Below, in pieces: positions 57,636 through 64,000 of a stretch of 64,000 bases of DNA. The notes under the pieces are model-generated. The model saw only the letters and a program-made list of their open reading frames with translations. It did no database searches and was not told the DNA's origin. The position numbers and the translations under genes were made by a program. Origin of the DNA: Candidatus Falkowbacteria bacterium (GTDB lineage Bacteria > Patescibacteriota > Patescibacteriia > Patescibacteriales > GWE2-39-37). The stretch's first letter is position 1; each line of letters starts with the position of its first letter. The stretch lies in assembly GCA_037137775.1 (NCBI GenBank), contig JBAXJQ010000001.1:32316-96315 (forward strand), given 5' to 3'.

Positions 57636-58838
57636 ATGAAATACGTCCATATTTTAGGTATTAGTCTGCCAGTGATGTCGAGTGGTGAGATTTGGCGACA
57701 AATCACTGCCTGGTGTGATAGTGAGGATCATCATCAGATTGTAACGCTAAATCCGGAAATAATTTTGGCTGCCCAGCAGGATGAGGAGCTCTTTTATATT
57801 ATTAATCAATCCCAATTGGTTTTGGCTGATGGTTTTGGACTGATCTTGGCTGCAAGTTTATCCGGTAGTAAAATAGCACGCGTTACCGGCGCAGATTTAG
57901 TGCCACAGATTTTAAATTATGCCAAGGTTCACGAGCTAAAAGTATTAATACTTGATTGGAATAAAGGATTATCTAAGTCAGCAGATATTTATGGGGTTAT
58001 AGCCGATAGATTTTCCGGCCTTAAAGCATTAGTATGTGATATCGAAAAGGATGGTGCGGATTTGCCCTTGAATCAAATTTCAGAGTTCGCTCCTCATATT
58101 GCATTGGTTGGTCTAGGTGCACCTTGGCAAGAAAAAATTATTTATCATCAACTCAAGCATTTACCAAGTCTTCGGTTGTCAACCGGCGTTGGTGGCTCGT
58201 TTGATTTTTTAACCAAAAAAATTACACGCGCACCCAAATGGATGCGATTTATTGGTATTGAGTGGCTGTGGCGTCTGTTAAAACAACCAAGTCGGTTAAA
58301 ACGGATATATAATGCGACCGTTATTTTTTTCGCCATGTTTTTGTTTTACCGCTTTGTTCAACCGAAGTTATATCGACCGAATGTGGCATGTTGGCTGTAC
58401 AAGTCAGAGCAGGGCAAGGATTATGTTTTGTTAGTACAACGTGCGCAAAGTAATACAGTTCATTGGCAATTGCCTCAAGGGGGCCGAAGTTTTGAATCGA
58501 TAAAAAAAGCTGGTTTACGAGAATTAAAAGAAGAATTAAATACTGATTCGATTGTTGCTAAAAAAGATTTTAAAAATTTGCATCAATATCGATTTCCTAA
58601 TCATAATCCATCACTCGAGCGTGAACGCCATGGTGGTTGGCGGGGTCAAAAGCAGTCATTATTAATTGCAGAGTTTACTGGTAAAGACGAGGATGTCTCG
58701 GTTAATTTTTGGGATCATTCCGGGTGGCGCTGGGTACCGGTTGAAGAAATTGTCGATCAGGTGCATGAAGTGCGTAAACCTTCAGCCAAAATTTTTTTAG
58801 AAAAATTTAAAGAATTTAAAAAAACTATTAATCGATAA
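57636..58838 (+). CDS. WecB/TagA/CpsF-family (GT26) glycosyltransferase fused to a C-terminal NUDIX hydrolase domain
   Basis: Residues 1-220 are GT26 (VTLNPEIILAAQQDEEL, VGLGAPWQEKIIY). A TM-like segment follows, then a Nudix box GGRSFESIKKAGLRELKEELN (x7-RE-L-x-EE). Confidence 0.65.
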   Translation: MKYVHILGISLPVMSSGEIWRQITAWCDSEDHHQIVTLNPEIILAAQQDEELFYIINQSQLVLADGFGLILAASLSGSKIARVTGADLVPQILNYAKVHELKVLILDWNKGLSKSADIYGVIADRFSGLKALVCDIEKDGADLPLNQISEFAPHIALVGLGAPWQEKIIYHQLKHLPSLRLSTGVGGSFDFLTKKITRAPKWMRFIGIEWLWRLLKQPSRLKRIYNATVIFFAMFLFYRFVQPKLYRPNVACWLYKSEQGKDYVLLVQRAQSNTVHWQLPQGGRSFESIKKAGLRELKEELNTDSIVAKKDFKNLHQYRFPNHNPSLERERHGGWRGQKQSLLIAEFTGKDEDVSVNFWDHSGWRWVPVEEIVDQVHEVRKPSAKIFLEKFKEFKKTINR

Positions 58839-58847
58839 TTTAACTAT

Positions 58848-60344
58848 ATGTCAGACATTCGTTTACGTTTTGCTCCATCACCTACTGGATTCGTCCATAT
58901 CGGCAGCCTTCGTACCGTGTTATATAATTTTTTAATTGCTAAATCACTGGGTGGTAAATTAATTTTACGCATCGAAGATACTGATCAAAAGCGCGAGGTG
59001 CTTGGTGCGGCAGAGCATCTAGTTCAGGTTTTAGATTGGGTAGGTATTAAGTTTGACGAAGGACCGGAAATCGGTGGTAGTTTTGGGCCGTATATCCAAA
59101 GCCAACGACGTGAGATTTATGATCAATATGCCGAGCGACTACTTGCCACTGGCAATGCCTATCGTTGTTTCTGTTCAGTTGAACGAATTCAAAAATTAAA
59201 AGAGGATTTAATAGTTAACAAACTGCCACCTCGCTACGATGGCACTTGTCGCCATATAGATTCGGTCGTCTCAGCAGAGCGCGCCGCTAAAGGGGAACCA
59301 TTCACTATCCGCCAAGCGATTCCGACCGAGGGTGAGTTGGTGGTACACGACGAACTGCGTGGTGATATAACATTTAAAGTTGAACATCTTGAAGATCATG
59401 TTTTAATTAAAACTGATGGTATGCCAACCTATCAGTTTGCCAATGTGATTGACGATCATTTAATGGAAATAACTCATGTGGTTCGTGGCGACGAATGGAT
59501 TCCTTCATTTCCGAAAAACATTTTGCTATATCGGGCATTCGACTGGCAGCCACCTAAATTTGTTCACATTCCTTTGATTTTAAACAAAGAAGGTGGCAAA
59601 CTTTCAAAACGACATAGTGATGTGGCGGTAGAAGATTATAAAGTTAATGGCTATTTACCCGAGGCAATGATAAATTTTTGCACCTTGCTAGGTTGGCACC
59701 CGAAAGGAGATAATGAAATATTATCCTTGCCCCAAATCGTGGCAGAATTTAATATTAACAATATCGGCATTAGCCCGGCTATATTTGATCTTGATAAATT
59801 GAATTATTTTAATGGGTATTATATTAGACAACTTTCTTTAGAGGATTTAACGAAAAAGGTTAAACCATATTTAATTGAAGCAAATTTATTAGCAGAAGAA
59901 TCTGGAGATTTACGCAATAATCTAACTGGTGACAAAATTTCAGAAATTGACCTGCAAGCTATTGTGGGGCTTGCCAGAGATCGGTTAAAAAAATTAAATG
60001 AAATAAGCGAATTGACCGATTTCATTTTTCAGCCAAAACTCAAATTTGAACCAGAACTTTTGATGTGGAAAAATTTTGAAAAACCAGTAATTGTAAAAAA
60101 TCTTTCCTTGGTTCAAACTTGGCTCGAACTGGTTAATGAATCTAGTTGGAATCGGAATAGTTTAGAAGAAATTGTCATTAAACATATCGCTGATAATAAT
60201 CTCACGGTCGGGGAAGTGCTCTGGCCGATGAGGGTAGCATTGACAGGACGCAAAGCTAGCCCGGGGCCATTTGAAGTTGCTGAAGTATTGGGAAAAAAAT
60301 CGGTATTAATTCGACTGCACTCTGCTATTGCTAAGCTCAGCTAA
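58848..60344 (+). CDS. gltX: Glutamyl-tRNA synthetase
   Basis: RFAPSPTGFVHIGSLRT (HIGH), KLSKRH (KMSKS) and the class I catalytic core with anticodon-binding domains. Confidence 0.9.
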   Translation: MSDIRLRFAPSPTGFVHIGSLRTVLYNFLIAKSLGGKLILRIEDTDQKREVLGAAEHLVQVLDWVGIKFDEGPEIGGSFGPYIQSQRREIYDQYAERLLATGNAYRCFCSVERIQKLKEDLIVNKLPPRYDGTCRHIDSVVSAERAAKGEPFTIRQAIPTEGELVVHDELRGDITFKVEHLEDHVLIKTDGMPTYQFANVIDDHLMEITHVVRGDEWIPSFPKNILLYRAFDWQPPKFVHIPLILNKEGGKLSKRHSDVAVEDYKVNGYLPEAMINFCTLLGWHPKGDNEILSLPQIVAEFNINNIGISPAIFDLDKLNYFNGYYIRQLSLEDLTKKVKPYLIEANLLAEESGDLRNNLTGDKISEIDLQAIVGLARDRLKKLNEISELTDFIFQPKLKFEPELLMWKNFEKPVIVKNLSLVQTWLELVNESSWNRNSLEEIVIKHIADNNLTVGEVLWPMRVALTGRKASPGPFEVAEVLGKKSVLIRLHSAIAKLS

Positions 60345-60378
60345 AAAATCTTCACTATTTTAAACTTTTTGCGATTTA

Positions 60379-60387
60379 TGCTATAAT
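60379..60387 (+). promoter_or_regulatory. Extended -10 promoter element (TGcTATAAT), likely producing a near-leaderless mRNA for the M23 peptidase
   Basis: TGCTATAAT ends 6 nt before the ATG at 60394. Confidence 0.4.
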
Positions 60388-60393
60388 ATTAGT

Positions 60394-61653
60394 ATGAGTC
60401 GATTATCCATGCGAACAATTTTTTGGTCGCTAAAACTTTTAGCCGGAGGTATTTTTTTATCAGCGATTATCATTGCTTTTTTTGCGTTTGATATTAAACT
60501 CACCCTAGGGCAGGATCAGCCAGAGTCTGCTGAAGTGAAAAAAATTAGCGATCAAATAAAAGCCAAAAAAGATCGAGCCGACGAGCTTTCCAGACGGCAA
60601 GAAGAATATGCCAAAGCTCTAGAACAAAAGCAGAGTGAAAAGCTTGATTTGACCAATCAGATGGGTATTTTAGATAATCGGGTTGCCTCACTAGAATTAG
60701 ATATTATGCGCACCGGCCTAGAAATTGATCAAGTAACATTGGAAATTAAAAAGCTATCCTTAGAAATTAGCGATAAAGAGGATAAGTTGGTACAAGAAAA
60801 GGAACATATTGCTACTATTTTACGTGCACTACATCAGCAGGATCGAGTTAACACTTTACAAGTATTATTATTAAATGATTCTCTGTCAGATTTTTTAAAT
60901 CAGGTAAAATATTTGGAAGATGTTAATAGTGAGTTAGGCGACAGTGTTCGCGAATTGGAAAAATTACGTGATGAGTTGTTATTGCAAAAAGCTAATCAGG
61001 AAAAAAAGAATACAGATTTAGCAATTTTAAAGAAAGATCTGGATGACAAAAAAACAGCATTATTAGCTGAAAAGGAAAGCAAGCAATTTTTAATAGTTCA
61101 AACTGAGTCTTCGGAAATAGAGTTTCAACGACTAATTCGATTAGCCAAGCAAGAACAGGCGCAAGCCGCTTCCGATGTAGTATCGCTTGAAAAGGCGATG
61201 CGTGAAAAACTGGAGCAGCAAAAGAATAAAAAATTAGTTTTAAATCCCAACGGCTTAATCTGGCCAGTAACTAAAAACACGGTTACAGCTTATTTTCATG
61301 ATCCAGATTATCCATTTCGCTATGTCTTTGAGCATCCAGCCATTGATATTCGGGCCAAGCAGGGAACTGTCATACGAGCAGCCGCCTCTGGTTACGTTGC
61401 CCGGGCTAAAGATGCAGGACAGGGGTATAGTTATATTATGATTGTCCATGGCGACGGTCTCTCTACCGTTTATGGCCATGTTTCTAAGATTATGGTTGAT
61501 GAAGAGCAATATGTAGTTCAAGGTCAGCAAATTGGCCTTTCTGGTGGTACCCCAGGCACTCCTGGCGCAGGCAACATGACCTCTGGCCCCCATCTTCATT
61601 TCGAGGTACGACTAAATGGTATTCCGGTTAATCCTTTGGAATATTTGAAATAA
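60394..61653 (+). CDS. EnvC-like coiled-coil M23 metallopeptidase (peptidoglycan DD-endopeptidase)
   Basis: N-terminal TM, a long coiled-coil and a C-terminal M23 domain with the HxxxD (HPAIDIRA) and HLHFE (HxH) zinc ligands. Confidence 0.8.
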   Translation: MSRLSMRTIFWSLKLLAGGIFLSAIIIAFFAFDIKLTLGQDQPESAEVKKISDQIKAKKDRADELSRRQEEYAKALEQKQSEKLDLTNQMGILDNRVASLELDIMRTGLEIDQVTLEIKKLSLEISDKEDKLVQEKEHIATILRALHQQDRVNTLQVLLLNDSLSDFLNQVKYLEDVNSELGDSVRELEKLRDELLLQKANQEKKNTDLAILKKDLDDKKTALLAEKESKQFLIVQTESSEIEFQRLIRLAKQEQAQAASDVVSLEKAMREKLEQQKNKKLVLNPNGLIWPVTKNTVTAYFHDPDYPFRYVFEHPAIDIRAKQGTVIRAAASGYVARAKDAGQGYSYIMIVHGDGLSTVYGHVSKIMVDEEQYVVQGQQIGLSGGTPGTPGAGNMTSGPHLHFEVRLNGIPVNPLEYLK

Positions 61654-61666
61654 TTTTAGCCTCTTT

Positions 61667-62461
61667 ATGAAAAAAATAGTAATTTTAATGTGCTTAATTT
61701 TTGTTTTGCCTTTATATTCCTTGGCAGCTGATTTTACCAAGGAAGCAGAGGCTGTAGTTAAAAGCGGTAAAGACGTAAATCAACTTTTGAAAAATACAAA
61801 AAGTAAAATTGATGTAAAGGGCCAAAAATCTACAATGGAATTTGACACTGAACCCTTAGTTAAGGGGTTCAAAGTTTCAACAGCGCAAAAGTATTCAATT
61901 AATAATTTTATTCTTTATGGCACGAATTCAACAAAAAAGTTTCGGCAAGTTTTCAGAAAAGAGATGATTAAAAATTTTATATACAAAAATAAAAAACTTC
62001 CGGAATCAGCTAAGGATTGGGAAAAAATATTGTCTAGAAATAACTCTGCTAATAGTTGCTTGCCAATGCCAAATAAAAGTATAATTCCCAATGGTTATGA
62101 TTTTAAAAAACAAGAAGATCAAACATTATTTACAGCCTTTGGCGAATGCTCAAATATATTTGTTTTAGGGAGTGGTAATTATTTCTCTCCAACATCAACC
62201 TCAATTTCTGTTTATAACTCTCCACTTGAATCTTCACAAATCATTCAAAAGTTAAAAAATGATACAAATTGGAAACTCATTGAACAAAAAACAAATAATA
62301 AAATCTTAATTTCAGTTTTTAGATCAAATTATGATACAAATAAAACCAGCTATCAACTAGTAGCAAAATATTATAACGGTAGTATAATTTTTATTTCTTT
62401 TGATAATGCAAAGAAGGACGACATGCTTTTAATGATGCAAAAGTATGTTAAATCAAAATAA
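61667..62461 (+). CDS. Hypothetical secreted protein (signal peptide), AT-rich
   Basis: MKKIVILMCLIFVLPLYSLAADF signal peptide. It is Lys/Asn-rich with no recognised motif. Composition is shifted relative to the upstream genes. Confidence 0.45.
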   Translation: MKKIVILMCLIFVLPLYSLAADFTKEAEAVVKSGKDVNQLLKNTKSKIDVKGQKSTMEFDTEPLVKGFKVSTAQKYSINNFILYGTNSTKKFRQVFRKEMIKNFIYKNKKLPESAKDWEKILSRNNSANSCLPMPNKSIIPNGYDFKKQEDQTLFTAFGECSNIFVLGSGNYFSPTSTSISVYNSPLESSQIIQKLKNDTNWKLIEQKTNNKILISVFRSNYDTNKTSYQLVAKYYNGSIIFISFDNAKKDDMLLMMQKYVKSK

Positions 62462-62474
62462 TAAAATTAATTTT

Positions 62475-63101
62475 ATGAAAAAATTAATAAATTTAGTTTT
62501 AATTATATCGACAGTATTTTTTCTGCAAACAGGAATTTTACAAGCAGCAAGCACTTCAACTATTCCAAAAAAATTAAAAATCTCAACTGCTAGTCTTAAT
62601 AATTATCAAGCTCAAATACCCTTAGATAAAATAGTTGCTAAAATAAAAATTAGCACTGAAAAACAAAAATTAATTGTAAGTGACAAGTGGTGTGGTAATC
62701 TAAATTATATGTCTGATTGTCAAATTGTGTATCGTTTAATAAGTGACACAAAAGGAAAATCCAATGCTTTTATGGTTGGGTTAAACGCTGAAACGGTTGC
62801 AACTACCTCGACAGATAAAAATACAATCAAAAAATTAATCAGTTCAAAAGTCAAAAAGAGCTTTTTAGCGGGTAAAAAACAAGATTGTATTAAAAATAAA
62901 TGCACAAACCTTAGTATAAAAGGCGCAGACTCTGCTTATAAGATATCAACTGGTACAATAAAGGCATTAAAGGGGGGTATTGTCGTTACAATAGTTGATG
63001 AATCAAATAAATTTAGTAAATTATCAAAAGAGATAGCCCCTCAAATTTTAACTCAAGTTGGCAGCGGTTTGGATTACCAAAAATTTACCCCAAAATTTTA
63101 A
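62475..63101 (+). CDS. Hypothetical secreted protein (signal peptide), AT-rich
   Basis: MKKLINLVLIISTVFFLQTGILQAAS signal peptide with no recognised motif. The start is taken at the ATG at 62475. Confidence 0.45.
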   Translation: MKKLINLVLIISTVFFLQTGILQAASTSTIPKKLKISTASLNNYQAQIPLDKIVAKIKISTEKQKLIVSDKWCGNLNYMSDCQIVYRLISDTKGKSNAFMVGLNAETVATTSTDKNTIKKLISSKVKKSFLAGKKQDCIKNKCTNLSIKGADSAYKISTGTIKALKGGIVVTIVDESNKFSKLSKEIAPQILTQVGSGLDYQKFTPKF

Positions 63102-63120
63102 AATGTAATATTGTTTAATT

Positions 63121-63150
63121 AAAAACTAACCATTATAATGGTTAGTTTTT
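63121..63150. terminator. Bidirectional hairpin terminator between the secreted-protein gene (+) and the recombinase gene (-)
   Basis: AAAAACTAACC-attataa-TGGTTAGTTTTT. It overlaps the recombinase stop codon. Confidence 0.5.
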
Positions 63151-63996
63151 AATTTGTTTACCACCGTGAAATTTCTGGTGAATGTCGCTTAGTTGTTTGT
63201 TGGTTACGTGGGTATAGATTTGCGTGGTGGCAATATTAGAGTGACCTAAAAATTCTTGCACTAGACGTAAATCTACGCCCTGAGTAAGTAAATCCGTGGC
63301 ATAGGAGTGCCGCAGGGTATGCGGGGAAGTCATAATCGGCAAGCCAGCCAGCTTGGTGTATTTTTTAACAATGTCTTCGATTGCTCGCACGGTTAGGCGT
63401 CGTGTAGTGCCGTCACCACGCCCTAGAGAGTAGTTTATAAATAGGGCAGGATCCATATCTTTTCTAGCCGCTATATAGGCACGTAGCGCCTGAATAGCAC
63501 GTTCAGAAAAATAGACAGTCCGCACTTTGCCGCCTTTACCTGAAACGCTGATTTCTAAAAAATTTGTTAGTGGCTTGATACGAAGTTGATCACAATCAAG
63601 ACGGGTTAATTCAGCTACGCGTAAGCCGGTAGAAAATAAGCTCTCCAGGATTGCCCGGTCGCGTAAGCCGGCCAGGGTAGAGAGGTCTGGGCCTTGAAAT
63701 AATTTTTCAATCTGATCTAGTTTTAAAAAGGTAACTTGATGCTGCTGTTTTTCCCTGGCCAGCTTAATTTTATCAGGTGGTAGGGAAGTGATATCTTTTT
63801 CAATAAAATAACTTAAAAGACTTCGTAGAGCTATAAGGTAATAGTTTTGAGTACTTTTTTTAAGACCTGGCTGATCATGGCCATGTTGTTGGCGCGATAA
63901 GTATAGCCGGTAGCGCCAAACAATTTCATCGGTAAGGCTTTTTGGTTGTAATTCAGTCAGGTTATTTTCTTCCAACCAATGAAAAAACTTTTGCAA
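63142..63996 (-). CDS. xerC: Tyrosine recombinase (XerC/XerD-like integrase); the N-terminus may continue beyond the window edge
   Basis: The C-terminal catalytic motifs R...HTLRHSYATDLL...LGHSNIATTQIYTHV carry the Tyr. An N-terminal core-binding domain is also present. Confidence 0.8.
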   Translation of the reverse strand: MQKFFHWLEENNLTELQPKSLTDEIVWRYRLYLSRQQHGHDQPGLKKSTQNYYLIALRSLLSYFIEKDITSLPPDKIKLAREKQQHQVTFLKLDQIEKLFQGPDLSTLAGLRDRAILESLFSTGLRVAELTRLDCDQLRIKPLTNFLEISVSGKGGKVRTVYFSERAIQALRAYIAARKDMDPALFINYSLGRGDGTTRRLTVRAIEDIVKKYTKLAGLPIMTSPHTLRHSYATDLLTQGVDLRLVQEFLGHSNIATTQIYTHVTNKQLSDIHQKFHGGKQIKN

Positions 63997-64000
63997 AAAT

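Noticed and set aside
63142-63996. Calling the recombinase a mobile element boundary
   Set aside because: No direct repeats, att-like tRNA 3' duplications or phage or transposon genes are visible within the window. It may be the housekeeping Xer recombinase.

Overview
The window is a dense, mostly plus-strand stretch of a small, AT-moderate bacterial chromosome. Its gene content and compaction are typical of a reduced-genome Gram-positive-like or CPR/Patescibacteria-type organism. Read left to right, the recognisable blocks are as follows. (1) secD (entering from the left edge, with a parvulin PPIase domain in the same reading frame) and secF, then proS and a MazG-like gene. (2) The rod-shape module mreB-mreC-mreD-pbp2, with a convergent 3D-domain wall hydrolase. 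(3) A dTDP-rhamnose and polysaccharide cluster: rmlC-like, HIT, rmlB, rmlD, rmlA, four GT2 glycosyltransferases, a secreted SNase-like lipoprotein, a small methyltransferase and galU. Two tandem paralogous Cys-rich small membrane-anchored proteins and a decayed duplicate of the rmlA 5' end interrupt this cluster. (4) murA with a PEGA-domain protein on the minus strand, then ctpA and rpmA. (5) A CIRCE-controlled heat-shock locus, hrcA, a NUDIX::GrpE fusion, hsp20, a CYTH protein, dnaK and dnaJ, followed by a hypothetical gene and htrA. (6) A gldA/F/G-like ABC-2 system with a thioredoxin and a DUF4340-like protein. (7) pfkB kinase, pduL-ackA, murJ, lepA, recJ and rnhA. (8) A tRNA-Val(CAC) preceded by an odd partial 5'-half copy of itself interrupted by GC-rich palindromes, and followed by a small ORF plus terminator unit and a 4-Cys PD-(D/E)xK nuclease. 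(9) A split NOX-like redox module: an FNR-like FAD/NAD protein with a Pro/Thr-rich tail, a Pro/Thr-rich small protein, ApbE flavin transferase and a bis-heme ferric-reductase transmembrane domain. (10) RNase P RNA, a wbaP-like priming transferase, two GT4 glycosyltransferases, a convergent archaeal-type UMP-kinase-like gene and sodA. (11) A GT26(TagA-like)::NUDIX fusion, gltX, an EnvC-like M23 peptidase, two AT-rich secreted hypothetical proteins and a tyrosine recombinase at the right edge. No CRISPR array, transposase or rRNA was seen. The most unusual items are the split flavin/heme module, the two independent NUDIX fusions, the PpiC-SecD in-frame junction, the tRNA-Val 5'-fragment with palindromes, the duplicated Cys-rich genes inside the rml operon, and an unassigned terminator-bounded non-coding unit upstream of hrcA.
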